Below, in pieces: positions 34,350-47,553 of a stretch of 64,000 nt of DNA. Made by a program: the position numbers and the translations under genes. The first letter of the stretch is position 1, and every line of letters starts with the position of its first letter. The notes beneath the pieces are model-generated. The model saw only the letters and a list, made by a program, of their open reading frames with translations. It made no database searches and was not told the origin of the DNA. The DNA is from Blastocladiella emersonii ATCC 22665 (Eukaryota > Fungi > Blastocladiomycota): positions 1,984,001 to 2,048,000 of the forward strand of contig JANHCV010000003.1 in NCBI GenBank assembly GCA_025594325.1. The letters run 5' to 3'.

Positions 34350-36175
34350 TTAGCGCGACCACTGGCGGCCGTCCGTCGACTTGCGCCCTGGGTCGGTGCG
34401 GTGCTTGGCGATCTCGCCCTTGGTGCCGGTCGGGGCGCCGTCGACGCCGCGTTTCCGCGTGTAGTCAGCGGTGCGGGACTCGACCTTCTTCTTCTCCTTT
34501 TCGGCCTTGCCCGACCAGTTGAGGTTGAGGTTGACCTGTGGCGGCACCTCGAACCCGTACGACTTGCCGATCGCGGCCAGGTCGAGCGCGTTCACGTCAA
34601 AGATCTGCTTGAGCGAGTGCGACGCGTACGCCTGCAGGTAGCTGCGGTACCCGTCGCGCGCCGACCGGTTGAGGTAGTAGTTCTTGGCCACCAGCTTCTC
34701 GAGCTGCGTCTGCACGTTGGCGATCTTGGCGTCCGGGAACGAGTACTCGTTGAGCGGCACCTTGGCCTGCTTGAGGTACCGCAGGAACCCGAGCTCCGTC
34801 GGCAGCAGGAACAGGAGCGCCTTGCCGCGGCCGCCCGCACGCGCCGTACGGCCCACGCGGTGAATGTACTCGCGCGGGTCATCCGGCGGGTCAAACTGCA
34901 CGATCCAGTCGACGGCGGGGATGTCGAGCCCGCGCGCGGCGACATCCGTGCACAGCAGGATGCCCGTCTCGGCGTTCATGAACTCGAAGAAGGTGTTGGT
35001 GCGCTTGGTCTGCTTCTGCTTGCCGTGCAGGTCGAGCACGGGGATGTCAATGTAGTTGAGCAGCTCGGCGAAATACTTGACGGCGTTGCACGACGACATG
35101 AACACGATCACCTTCTTCTTGAGGTTCTTCTTGAGGAAGGTGAAGAGCAGGCGGAACCGCTTCTCCGAGGGGCACACGACGTAGCCCTGCTCGAGGCCCT
35201 CGGCCGTGGCGTGCGTCTTCTGCTCGTCCACGTTGATGTACAGGGGCTTCTTGCGGAAGGCGACGCGGGCCAGGTCCTCGACCTTGGTCGTCTGCGTCGC
35301 CGAGAAGAGCAGCGTCTGGCGCTCCTTGGGCAGGATCCGCACAATCTGCTGCATCTCCTCCTCGAACCCGACCTCGAGAATGCGGTCGGCCTCGTCGATG
35401 ATCAGCGTCTTGAGGTTCTTGATGATGAACCCCTTCGTGTTCTGCAGGTGGTCGAGGAGACGGCCGGGCGTGGCAATCAGCAGGTTGACGCCCTTGGCGA
35501 GCTTCTCGGCCTCGGCCTTGCGGTTGGCGCCGCCCATGACGATCCCGAACGTCTGCTGGTGGTACTTCATGAGGTCGCGGGCCACACCAAAGATCTGCAG
35601 CGCCAGCTCGCGCGTCGGCGTGATGATGAGGGCGCCCGTGCCGTTGCGCGGCTTGAAGCTGCTGGCAACCATGAGCTCGAGCGCGGGGAGCAGGAACGAC
35701 AGCGTCTTGCCCGACCCCGTCTTGGCCGCACCGAGGATGTCGCGGCCCGTCAGAGCAGCGGGGACGGTGCGCGCCTGGATCTGCGTCATGCGCGTGAAGC
35801 CCATCTCGGCGATGGCGCGCTTGGTGTTGTCCGACACCTCGAGGTTGGCGAACGAGTCGTCGACCGCATCTATGGGGTTCCGGGGGTGTCAGATGGGGGT
35901 CGCGAGGTTTGGAGCGTGTGGCGTAGCGTACCCTGGGGCGAGGCCTCGTTCTTGAGCTGAGCGGAGAGCTCATCCTCCTCCTCCTCAGTGGCGGCGGCGG
36001 GCTCGGCAGCCTCGACCTTGGCCTTCTTGGCGGCGGGGGCGTCGGGGTGGGCCTCCTCCTTCTGCTCCGTGGCGGGGGCGGCGGTGGTCGCGGCGGGGAC
36101 CTCCTCGGTGGAGGCCTCCTGCGCGGTGCGCTTCTTGCCCCGCTTCTTGCCCGCGGCGGCGTTCTGCGCGGTCAT
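34350..36175 (-). CDS. HAS1: DEAD-box RNA helicase Has1/DDX18
   Basis: Q motif [38 protein letters not shown]; [11 protein letters not shown] in the C-terminal extension; one intron after the low-complexity first exon. Confidence 0.95.
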
Positions 36176-36763
36176 GGTGGTCGAGTGGGCGTTGATGCGT
36201 GGCAGTGACGTTCACTGAGTGTCTCGTCGATGGCCGGGTCTACGATGGTGAGGTCGGGGCGGCGGCGGCGGCAGGGACGCAGGGCAATGGAACGAGAGTG
36301 GCGTGGCGGGGCAGGTGGGCGCACGTGCAGCGTTGCCAGGGAGCTCGGGTCAGGTGGACCTTGCATCCATCGTCGCTATCGCGCGCGTCCCTGCTTTTCC
36401 CGAGTTTTGCCCGGTTTCACCCTATGCCGGCACGAGACAGGTGCGACCAATTTTGCTGCGAGCGGCTTGACGGTCGTTCGTCGTTTGCGGCCGGCCCTCT
36501 GCGAACGGCTTACGCTCTCCCCAGGTCGCTATCCATACGTCCTCGGGCCCCTTGTATGTCCGTATCATGCTATGCTATCATCGCCCTGCTGCCGTCGTCG
36601 TTGTTGCGACGGCGCCGTCAACAGCAACCGCGCCACCATGCCATGCATTCTGCTCTCCGCGGCCACGGCCATGGCCACCGTCGCCGTGCTCGTCCCCCTG
36701 CGACGAAGACACAACGGGCTGACATCCCGACGCACGCCCCGCTAGCCCCTCTTCTCAACAACC

Positions 36764-38380
36764 ATGTCGCCCAACGTCGCCGAGGTCCACGCCCAGTACG
36801 ACACGATCCTGATCCTCGACTTCGGGTCGCAGTACTCGCACCTGATCACGCGGCGTGTGCGCGAGTGCGGCGTGTACTGCGAGATGCTGCCGTGCACGAC
36901 CAAGCTGGCCGAGGTCGACTTCAAGCCCAAGGGCATCATCCTGAGTGGCTCGCCCTACTCGGTCTACGACAAGGACGCGCCGCACGTCGACCCGGCCGTG
37001 TGGGAGCTCGGCGTCCCGATCCTCGGCATCTGCTACGGCCTGCAGGAGATGGCCTGGACCAACGGCGGCGAGGTGGCGCCCTGCGCGCACCGCGAGTACG
37101 GCCACGCCACGGTCCGCCCCGCCGTGCTCCCCGCCGGCTCCCCCGCGCACCTCGCCAAGCTGCTCGCCGGCATGGGCGAGGAGATGACCATGTGGATGTC
37201 GCACGGCGACCAGCTCGCCAAGATCCCCAACGGGTTCCAGGTCCTTGCCACCACGTCCACGTCGCCCTACTCGGCGATTGCCCACTCGGAGAAGCCCGTG
37301 TTCGGCCTGCAGTTCCACCCCGAGGTGACCCACTCCAAGAACGGCACCACCATCCTCAAGAACTTTGTCATTGACATCTGCGCCGCCGCCGCCAACTGGT
37401 CCATGACCTCGTTCATCGACAAGGAGATTGAGCGCATCCGCGCCATTGTCGGCCCGACGGCCCAGGTCGTCGGCGCCGTGTCGGGCGGTGTCGACTCGAC
37501 GGTCGCGGCCAAGCTCATGTCCATGGCCATTGGCGACCGGTTCCACGCCATCCTCGTCGACAACGGCGTGATGCGCCTCAACGAGTGCAAGAATGTGTAC
37601 GAGCGCCTGCGCAACAAGCTCGGCATCAACCTGACGCTGGTCGACGCGTCGGCCCAGTTCCTCGGCCTGCTCGCCGGCGTGTCGGAGCCCGAGAAGAAGC
37701 GCAAGATCATCGGCAACACCTTCGTCGACGTGTTCGAGCACGAGGCCGAGCGCATCGACCGCGAGACGTCGGCGTCGGGCCACGGCAAGATCGAGTTCCT
37801 CCTCCAGGGCACGCTGTACCCGGACGTGATCGAGTCCATCTCGTTCAAGGGGCCCTCGGCCACCATCAAGACGCACCACAACGTCGGCGGGCTCAAGGAG
37901 GACATGAAGCTCAAGGTGATCGAGCCCCTGCGCGAGCTGTTCAAGGACGAGGTGCGCGCGCTCGGCATGCTCATGGGTCTCGACCGCGAGCTCGTGTGGC
38001 GCCACCCGTTCCCCGGACCCGGTCTCGCGATCCGCATCCTCGGCGACGTGACGCCCGACAAGGTGCGCATCGTGCAGCAGGCCGACAACATCTACATTGA
38101 GGAGATCCGCAAGGCGGGCCTGTACGACCAGATCTCGCAGGCGTACGCGGCGCTCCTGCCCTTCAACTCGGTCGGCGTCATGGGCGACCAGCGCACCTAC
38201 GAGAAGACCATCTGCCTCCGCGCCGTCGAGTCGACCGACTTCATGACGGCCGACTGGTTCATGTTCCCCTACGACGTGCTCAAGCGCATCTCCAACCGCA
38301 TCATCAACGAGGTCCGCGGCGTCAACCGCGTCATGTACGACGTGTCGTCCAAGCCCCCTGCCACCATCGAGCTCGAGTAA
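36764..38380 (+). CDS. GUA1: GMP synthase (glutamine-hydrolysing)
   Basis: [56 protein letters not shown]. Confidence 0.97.
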   Translation: MSPNVAEVHAQYDTILILDFGSQYSHLITRRVRECGVYCEMLPCTTKLAEVDFKPKGIILSGSPYSVYDKDAPHVDPAVWELGVPILGICYGLQEMAWTNGGEVAPCAHREYGHATVRPAVLPAGSPAHLAKLLAGMGEEMTMWMSHGDQLAKIPNGFQVLATTSTSPYSAIAHSEKPVFGLQFHPEVTHSKNGTTILKNFVIDICAAAANWSMTSFIDKEIERIRAIVGPTAQVVGAVSGGVDSTVAAKLMSMAIGDRFHAILVDNGVMRLNECKNVYERLRNKLGINLTLVDASAQFLGLLAGVSEPEKKRKIIGNTFVDVFEHEAERIDRETSASGHGKIEFLLQGTLYPDVIESISFKGPSATIKTHHNVGGLKEDMKLKVIEPLRELFKDEVRALGMLMGLDRELVWRHPFPGPGLAIRILGDVTPDKVRIVQQADNIYIEEIRKAGLYDQISQAYAALLPFNSVGVMGDQRTYEKTICLRAVESTDFMTADWFMFPYDVLKRISNRIINEVRGVNRVMYDVSSKPPATIELE

Positions 38381-38793
38381 GTTCGTTTTGCCTTGACTCG
38401 TGTGTGCTCTTGCACCCTTGCGTATTTCGGAATATAGTTTCCCCACAATCCTAGTTTCTTATGTGATTCTCTCGCCTCTGTCTCGCACCCTGTCTCCCGC
38501 CGACCTGGCCCGGCTTGGCAACCGGATCCCGCACTGTATCGCACGCAGCCATGCGCTTGGCGGCCGGTGCACCTTCTATCCGAGGAGAGGAACGAGCACT
38601 TGTCGAGTGAGCGAGCGCGGATGAGCTGATAATTTGATCCGTCGCGAGCGAACGAACACACGTGCGAGCGGCAGCAGCACCGAACGCGACGCGCCACACT
38701 CGCACGCGTTCGGATTTTGTCTCCACACTCGGCCCACGTCGCGCCCGCCGCCCTCGAACTCGCCTCCGCCTCCGCTTCCGCCGCACTCGGCAG

Positions 38794-41700
38794 ATGGGCG
38801 TCCCCTCGTACCCCCTGTCCACCACGTCTGCTGCACTCGCTGCCTCTTTGCCGCTGGGCCCCGCTCCCCCGAACCACCTCCCCCTGGTCCCGGATCGGCC
38901 GCCCTCCACCGCCGCTACCGCGCACCCGCCGCCCTCTCCCGGCACTAGCAAGTCGGGCATCGACGACTCGCTCTCCCTCTCGCGCTCGCGCTCGCGCAGC
39001 AACTCGTTCAGCCGGCGGCCTTCGCGGTCTCCCTCCGTCTCGCAGTCGCCCTCGTTCACCAACGGGCTCGCCCAGATCCTCGACAACTCCGAGGCGTCGG
39101 CGCTCGCACCCAGTACTACCAGCATGGCGGACCACGCGCCCGTCACCCCCGCGGTCGCCGCGATGAAGGCGATCGTGCACGGCGCCGCCGCCGCGCACCA
39201 CGACGACGAGTCGGCGACAGATGCGTCCGTCCCCCGCGGCACCACCACCGACACCACCGACACCACCACGATGGCGGCCAACATCGCAGCCAACCCGAGC
39301 ATCGCCAACGCGTCGCCGTCCGTGTCGCTGTCGCGCGAGACGTCGTACGTCGCGTCGACGCTCACTAGCGTCGAGACGGTCGTCGAGCAGGGCAAGCGCG
39401 CCCGGTCCATGTCGCGCACCAAGCGTACCGGCGAGCTCAAGGAGCTGCAGGAGAAACTGCAGAAGGTACGCCGCGTGGCCCGCCCAGGTCGCACCTTGGT
39501 TCTGACACGATCGTGGTTCGTAGGAGGCCGAGGAGAAACGCCGCGCGCGCCTAATCCAGCGCGGGCTCGACCCGGACACGGTCGGGCTCGACAACTCGGC
39601 GGGCGTCGACAGCGTCGGTGAGCCCGAGCCCGAGTCGGCCACGACCGCGTCGACCGAGGCCCTCGCATCCCCCAGCTCGACAACGCAGCCGCTGTCGCAC
39701 CCGACGGCCACGCGTCCTGCGCCGCCCAAGAATCGCCGCCCGGGATCGCGCCACGGCTCGCTCAACAACCTCGCGAGCCCGACGTCGCCCGCGTTCCCCG
39801 GCAACACGCACTCGGAGCTCGCTGACCAGCCCGCGGTGACGACGCCCGCGGACCACATCCCGGGTCTCGCGCAGGCACCGGTGCCGGCCAAGCCGAAGCT
39901 GCCGCACCTCGAGCTCGACGCGTCCGCGACCGCGACCGCGGGCAGCAACAACAGCAGCAGCGGCGCGTCGGTCCTGTCGCAGCTCAAGCGCGAGCTGCAC
40001 ACCAAGCTGCCGGCCTCCTCGTCGCCGTCGGGCGGGCTCAAGTCGCCGCTACCCGGCGGCAACTCGCTGGGCTCGAGCCTCGGCGGCGGCGTGACGCTCG
40101 CGCCGTCGCGCCCGCGGAGCCGGTCGGGGTCCATCTCAGCGCGCCCGACGCCCACTCTCCCCACCCCCGTCGCGCAGGTTCCGGCCCTGTTCCGCGCCGT
40201 CGGCAGCAACCGGTACACGGTGCTCGCGCTGCCGGCTGTCGACCGCGCGAACCTGCGCGCCAACGACTCGCACATCCTGGTCGTCCCGCAGCCCGTGACC
40301 GCGCCCTTGGTCCCGCCGACCATCGACACGCTGACGCAGCAGGGTCCGGGGGCCGCCGTCACGGCGCCCGTCCCGTCCGCAACCATCGTCGTCTGGCACG
40401 GGCCCAAGTCCGCGAAACTCAAGCGCGTCAAGGCCATGGAGTTTGCGCACCGCGTGCGCGACGTCGAGTGGGCGGGCAAGGCGGCGATCGAGGAGGTCGA
40501 GGGCCGCGCGGCGACCGGCGCGTTCTGGAAACCTCTCGGCGTGGCGTCGGCGGCCGACGTCGCGGCGGCCGTCCAGGCGCTCCCCGAGGAGTCGGTGGAG
40601 GTCGTCAGCGTCGCACTGCACGCGCCCAACGCGCTCGACGACCCCGTCATGGCGGCGCCGCGGCTCCCGGCCTCGGCGCTCGACACCAACGGCGTCTGGG
40701 TCGTCGTCGCCAAGCTCGCGACCGACGAGATCACCGAGGACAAGACGCTCGCGTGGGTGTGGATCGGCCGCGGCGCCCCCGCTGCTGCCATCCATGGCCA
40801 GTCCGAGCTCGGCGACGCGCACCCGATCTGCGCCGCGGTCTGCTCCGCGTTCGGGGTTCGACACGTCACGGTCGTCCGCGAGGGCGCCGAGCCGGCCACG
40901 TTCAAGGAGCATTTCGGTGAGCTCGGCCGGTCCAACAGCTTCAGCGGCGGGCTCGGCGGGCTCAGCCGCAGTAACTCGTTCTGCCGCGAGCGGTCCGGGA
41001 GCAACGCCGGCGAGACCGCGGCGGCGGTGCCGGCGGGCCGGTCGCCCGTCACCGTGTCCATGATTCCGAACACGCTGCTCGCGTCGTCGGGTTCGCCTAC
41101 GTCGACGACGTCCGCCGCGGTCCCGTCGACGAACTCACCCGCCCCCGTCGTGTCGCCCATCAAGGTCACGGCGGCCGCATCCACCCCCGAACCGCTCATG
41201 CAGGCGTGGACGCACGTCTCGTCGACGTCACCGCTCCTCGCCGCGGGCAACCTGACGCTGGGCGCCGTACAGGGCGTGTGGGCCGTGTCGGCATCGGGCT
41301 CGACGGCTGCCGAGGTAGCGCACCCCGGCGTCTTCCACTCGGCGACCACCTACCTCGTGCAGACGGGTGCTGGGTACGCCGTGCACTGGATCGGGCACCA
41401 GGCCGAGGAGCGGCCGCTCGGCACGGGCACGGGCCAGGTCACGGCGGGCCGCAAGGTCGTGGTCGTGCACCAGTACCGCGAGTCGGACGAGTTCTTCAAG
41501 CTGTTCGACTGGGTCGTGTACCGCGCGGGCGCGCATAGTGCTGTAGCGCGCGAGACGGTCAAGGCGCACCTGTACGGCCGCGTCGGGGCGAATGTGCTTG
41601 AGGAGCTGAGTCTGGTACGCTGCGGCGATACGCTGCGCGGCGTGCACATTTACTCACTGCGCTCGTGCCATGTAGGATCCGCTCAACGTGTGGAACGCGG

Positions 41701-42576
41701 ATGGCGCGGGCTACGTGCTGTCGGTCGGCCAGACGGCGTACTCGACCATCAAGGACACCACCGCCGCCGCGGCGCTGCCCAAGGCCGTGTTCGGCCAGGT
41801 CACGGCCGTCGGCCACCAGCACCTCGTCAACACGCTCGCGCAGGCCGCCGACCTCCCGGCGCCCCGCGAGCTCGCCGCCCCGCACCTGTCGGTCGCGCCG
41901 GCCCACGACGGAACGAGTCTCCGCGTCTTCTCGGTCGCCCCGGGCGCGCCCATCAAGTCGCTCGTGCACCCGACGTGGCTCGACGCGCACGACGACAACG
42001 TCGTGTTCTTTGACGTCGCCGGCGCGAGTCTCCTGGTCTGGATCGGGCGGCTCGTCTCGGACCAGGCGTTCCTGGTTACGGTGTTCAAGCTGGCCAAGGT
42101 ACGTCTTCTGTCCCACTCGCGTGTGACACAGAACTGACCAAATATCGTTGCAGGATTACAACCCGTCCCTCCCCGCCGACCGCATCTTCGTCTCCAAGGC
42201 GGCCGCGCTGCCCAACTACCTCAAAGTCCTCCTTCCCGGCGCGGCCTCGTTCGACTCGCTGCGCGGGACGGCCGCGGTCCCCGTGCACGACGTGGCGACG
42301 CTGGCCGACTTCACGCACCAGTCCAAGGCCAAGACGTACACGGTCGAGCAGCTCAAGAAGCGCGACGTGCCGGGCATCGACACGACGCACCTCGAGACGT
42401 ACCTCAGCGACGCGGATTTCGTGGCCACGTTCGGCATGCCGCGCGACGCGTTCGGCGCGCTGCCCAAGTGGAAGCAGCAGGATCTCAAGAAGAAGGGTAC
42501 GCGGTGGTCGGAGCGATGGCCATGGACGACGGCGCGGTTGCTGACTCTTGTCGAACGTGTAGCGGGTCTCTTCTGA
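38794..42576 (+). CDS. Villin/supervillin-like protein: long low-complexity N-terminus, divergent gelsolin repeats, villin headpiece
   Basis: Spliced. Gelsolin-like segments ([11 protein letters not shown]...IVVWHGPKS; LDTNGVWVV...VWIGRGA; [12 protein letters not shown]); headpiece [38 protein letters not shown]. Confidence 0.85.
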
Positions 42577-42654
42577 TCTGGACGGTCCAGTTCTATCCTA
42601 TGTCAGTTGTGCTTGCCAATCGATTATATCAAGTTGTCTTTAGCCTCCCCCTCT

Positions 42655-45600
42655 CTACACGGCCGCCGCTCGTTCGCCCACAGCGCTCGCCGCGCCGCCA
42701 CGGTTACTCATGGCCGTGGACGCGAGGCTGCGCTTCTCAGCGAGCTTGCCCGCAATCGACGAGCTCAGGATGGCCGTCATCAGTTCGCGCGACGGCGGGT
42801 CCGTCGAGTTGATCTCGAGCGCGGCCTCGAGGCACTCGGTCGCTGCCTTGCTCCGGCCCTTGCGGTGCAGAGCCATGGCGCACGAGCTACGACGATGGTC
42901 ACGCTGGTGAGAAACGCGAGGGGTAAGAGGGTGGACCAGGCGTACCGAAGCAGCGGGACATGACGGCACCCGAGGTGCAGCACGTAGCTGACGGCCTGCT
43001 CGCCCTCGAGGATGCGGTCGTGGCGGAGGTGGAGGAGCGCGAGCGCGGCCCAGCCGGTCGATTCGCGCGGCGCGGATGCCGTCGCGTGCTACAACCACGA
43101 TGGTCAGAGTACGTCGCACTGCGACGGAAGCCAAAAGCGTACACAGAAACTCGCCTCGGCCTCCTCCATCTGCCCGAGCGCCATACACGCGAGCCCGACG
43201 CCGGCCCACGCCTCGGACTTCACGTACAGCTCGCGCGCGGCGCGTATCTGGTCGGCGTCTTTCGCGGGCGACCCCCAGTCGTTCCCGTCCTCGAGCGCCT
43301 CGACGAAGTAGATCTCGCCGAGCCGCGTGCCGACAACGCGGTCGGCCGAGTCCGGGTGGAACGCGAGGAGCGACTCGTACGCGGCCTTGGCCTGCGCGGG
43401 TTTCCCGAACTGGCGGTGCAGGTGGCCGAGCCGCGCCCAGACCGCCGCGTCGTCGAGCTGCCGCTGCAGAGCCGTTTTCAGGCACGCCTCGGCGACATCA
43501 TGCCGGCGCATCTGCGCGTACAGCGTGGCGCGGAGCATGAGCGCGGCGGTCGGCGCGACGCCGCCGCGCTGGACGAGGTCGTACCCGAGCAGCCGCTCGG
43601 CGAGCGCGGCGCACCCGAGCCCGACACACGTCTCGGCGGCCCGCAGGAACATGTCGGCGTCGCCCGCGCGCGCCGCCTCGGCCTGGCAGCTGTCGGCGCG
43701 GTCGTCGTCGCCGACCACGGCGTAGTGCGCGGCCATCAGCGCGAGCAGCGTCGACCCCATGGCCCCCGAGTCCGCCGGGTGCGTCCGCATCGCGCTCATC
43801 AGGCACGTCTCGGCGAGCGCGTGCTCGCGCTCGTTGGACCCGGCGCTCGCCAGCACGCCGAGCGCGATGAGCGCCGGCACGTGCGACGGGTGCCGGCCCA
43901 GGATCTGCTGCAGCAGCGCCTTGGCCCGGTCCGCGTCGCCCGAGCGCGCCAGGCTCGCGGCGAGTGCGTACTGCGCCTGCAGGTTGTCGGGCTCGCGCAC
44001 CATGCGCTCCGTCAGCCACCGGTGCGCGCCCGCAAAGTCGAGGTCGGCCTCGCACGCCTCGGCGAGCTGGACGAGCTCGGCGTCCGACGCCGTGGCCGTG
44101 GCCATGGGCGAGGTCGACGCCGTCGCGCCGGCGCTGCCTGCAGACGAGTCGATGGGGTGGATCCGGTACCACTTGGCGAGCTCGGCGTTGAGCGTGTCGA
44201 CGAGCTGCACGTAGACCTGCGCCATGAGCGCCATGCGCTGCGCCGGGTCGTCGAAGAAGTGGCGGTACTGCTCGCGCAGCAGCTGCACCACGGCCACCTT
44301 GAGCCGCTCGTGCATCTTGTGGTACAGGCCCGACAGCTGGACGTGGCGGAGAAAGTCGGCGCGCGAGGTCGTACCGGAGCCCGCTGCGCCGGCATCGTTG
44401 GATTGCTGCACGCGTACGAGGCCAGCACCACCGGTGCGCGCCTGCGCGAGGACATCGTGCGACCCGCCGCCGGTCGCGCCGGGCCCGCTCGCCGGCCGCG
44501 CGCTGACGGCGTGGAACTCGTGGGCGAGGTCGCGGATCAGCTGCTGCACGACGGCGCGGTACTCGGACTGGGCAATGGCGACGCGTTTGGTGTAGATCTG
44601 CTGCGGCGGGAGCGCGCGGCGCGGGATGAAGTCGAAGATGCTGCGGTTGCTGATCGTCAGCCGCTTCTTGTCGAGCAGCGGGCGGTGCAGCTTGACGGCC
44701 ATGGTGAGCTTGGCCTCGCACGACTTGTACTGGGTGATGCGCGCCTTGAGCTGGACCAGGCTCGCGTCCTTTTCGTCCACCTCGACGTTGGTCACGGCTC
44801 CCGACACGGTCGCCTCGACGGCCTCGGGCAGCATCAGCATGCTCAGGTCCAGCGTCGTGCGCCCGCGGTACCGCGACGCCAGCGGGTCCGTCACCCCCGC
44901 GTACTTGGCCTGCGGGACGCGGCACAGCTCCACGTCGAACGGCGTCTTGGACAGGATCCGCTCGCGCAGCTTCTTGAGCGCCACCGAGCTCAGCAGCGTG
45001 CGGAACGGCTGCTGCCACTGCACCTTCTTGGTGCAGCTCGGCCCGCCCGCGGAAGCCGCCGGGTCGGCGGTGGAGGAGGCGGCCGCGGGCGTGTTGGCCA
45101 CGAGGCAGCCGAGCGGGACCTGGAACGGCCGGTCCTGCTGCGCATCGAGCGGGAGCGTCATGGACAGCGTGTAGTTGAACAGGTCTACACTCGGCGATGC
45201 GGGTCAGCGCTCTTCGCGCAGCGACCACCGCGTAAACGACGTACTCGAGTTGGGATCCTTCTCGTTAACCTCCTTCGGGTTCCACTCGTCGGGGACAGGC
45301 GCGAGCTCGACGGGGCAGAACTGGACAATGTTGGCCGTCTCGAGCTCGGCCCACGGCACGAGCGGGCGGTTGACCGAGACCTCGATGGTGACGGCGGGCT
45401 TGACCTGCTGGTCCTCGGACGGGCCGAGCAACTTCGGGTTCTGGTACTCGATCGGGATCGTCACGGTGCCGCCCATGTTGCGCGTCGCGGCGGCCGCCGG
45501 GTCGTCCTCGGCGAGCTCCTTGACGGAGAGGAGCAGGTCCGACAGACTCGCCTCGCCCGAGCCCAGGACCGCCGTCTTGTCCTTGGGCAGCACCTCGAAC

Positions 45601-46000
45601 ACGGACACGCTCAGGCGGTAGTTGAGCACCGTGTCGATCAGGCCCTCGGTCACGGGCAGCTCAAGCTTGTGCGTGTGGTTGTACGCCGGGTTCGGCGTGT
45701 CGGGAACCGGCGGAGACTAGACGGGCGCCTTCGTTAGATGGGGAGCACGCGGGGATGTGCGACGAACGTACGTCGTTCTCGCCAAAGTCGGCAAACTGGA
45801 CGCGGACGAACGTCGACACCTTCTCGCCCTTGGACCCGCGCAGGTTGACTGCATCCTTGACCAGGATCTACGTGACAGGGCGATGAGTTCGGCTCGTGTG
45901 CATCGTTCTCGCTCGCACCCACCGAGAGCGCGAATGGGTCAACCGCGGCGACTTGGTCGGCCGAAGCCGATGCAGCGGCGGGTGCTGTTCCGGGCGTCAT
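42655..46000 (-). CDS. CFAP70: CFAP70 (TTC18)-like flagellar protein: C2-like N-terminus plus TPR array
   Basis: Multi-exon. AVKLHRPLLDKK, AQSEYRAVVQQL and SGLYHKMHERLKVAVVQLLREQY resemble CFAP70 blocks; TPR repeats follow. Internal exon boundaries are only approximately resolved. Confidence 0.7.
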
Positions 46001-46240
46001 GGCTTCATGGGTTTGCGTGGGTATGCTTTGCAGTGAGAGAGTGCGCGAAGGCCGGGCGATCTCTCACGAGCCCCGAAAACACGTGCCGCGACGCGTCTCG
46101 CGGAACGGCAACGTGACCGCGTACGGGTCACTTGATTTCGCGTCGCGTCTCTTCTTCCCTTCCCTTCTCGCTGTGCCACAGCCACACGGGGAGCGTAACT
46201 AATGAAGTGTACACATGTAGATCAATCTCCCTCGCAGCCT

Positions 46241-47254
46241 TCAGAACATGCGCTGCTTCTTGTTCTTGGCGGCCTTGGCCGTGAGCGGCTTCCCGCTCCG
46301 GTTCGCGCTGCCGGTGCGGCGGGTGAAGTCAAACGCGGGGCGGCCGGTCAGGCCGTGGGACAGGTTGGTGGAGACGGGCACGCGCCGCTTTTTGCTCGAC
46401 AGGGCGCGCTGCGCGAATGCCATGGCCGTCGCGGACGGTGCTGGTGGCGCGCGCTTCTGGTCCAGGGCGACCACCTTGACCACTTCGTCGCTACACGCGG
46501 GGAGAAGGGGGGCGAGTGTGAGACCGCGCGTCGGAGGGGTGGTGAGAGGGGGTGAAAAGCGTACCGCGTAGCCATCACCTCGTCGCTGCTCATATCCTCG
46601 TCGTCGTCGCCGTACATGTCGGCGAGCTCGCCGGCCAGGCCAGAGTAGTCGAACTCGTCGTCGTCCGAGTCGAACGTGGTCAGGTTGGCCTTGCGCTTGA
46701 GCGGGTTGGTCGAGCTACATAACGCAGACGCACGCGTCAGATCGACCGGTGCGCGCGTTCGACGCGAAGAACGTACGCGTCCTCGTCGTCACTGTCCTCG
46801 TCGCTCTCCTCGTCCTCGCGCTCGGCAAGCGCCTGCACGAGGGACGCGGGGAGGGCGTCCTCGTCCTCGTCATCCGACCCCGCCTCCTGCTCCTCGTCCT
46901 CGTCATCGCTCGCACCGGACGCAGCATCCTCTTCCTGGGCTTCCTCGGCATCAGAACCGTCATCGGACGCGGGAGCAGCAGCCGGGGCGAGCTTGCCCTT
47001 GGCGCTGCCCGAGGCCTTGGCCTTCTGCTCCTTGAGGGCCTTGTCGCGGGCGCGGTTCTTTTCCCGCTTGGCCTCCTGGATCCTATGGGCCGCGGTGTGA
47101 GCCACCACCGTGCTATCGAATAACAGGAAGCGCCCACTTACTTCTTCTCCACGTCGCGCTGGGCCTTAATGCGCTGCTGCGAGGCGGCCTTGGCCGTGGA
47201 CAGGCCGACGGCCTCGGGGGCCTCGTCGTCGGAGCTCGACAGGTAGGGATCCAT
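46241..47254 (-). CDS. Nucleolar U3-associated protein, Utp16/Bud21/NOL7-like
   Basis: MDPYLSSDDEAPEAVGLSTAKAASQQR...KREKNRARDKALKEQK; acidic runs; basic C-terminus; several introns. Confidence 0.5.
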
Positions 47255-47553
47255 TGCAGTGTGTGTGGCGCTTGTTGACGTCAAGATCGCGTCGTCACGG
47301 TCGCGGAATCGGTGTGGCGCCAGTCGCGTCGACGACGGCGGGAGAAGTGCGATTTGATGTCACATGACGCCGGGTGACCCGTCTCCAGGCCGAACGCTGA
47401 AACGTCTCGCGTCGCGACGCGACTCCTTAGTGTTGGCGCTGAGGAGTTGAGGCAGTGCGATAAGAAATGATACTGATGCATTGAGAAACATGAACCCCGG
47501 AGACCCCTCTCACACGCGGGCCTCCCACTCACAAACTCGGTCACAGCTCACAG

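Noticed and set aside
36755-38446. 563-aa ORF antisense to GUA1 (likewise 34401..35960 antisense to HAS1)
   Set aside because: Codon-bias artefact opposite highly conserved genes; not evidence of overlapping genes.
38269-41349. 1026-aa minus-strand ORF
   Set aside because: Antisense shadow of the villin-like gene. High GC3 suppresses stops in other frames; no motifs.
42960-45737. 925-aa plus-strand ORF
   Set aside because: Antisense to the CFAP70-like gene; composition typical of a reverse-frame shadow.
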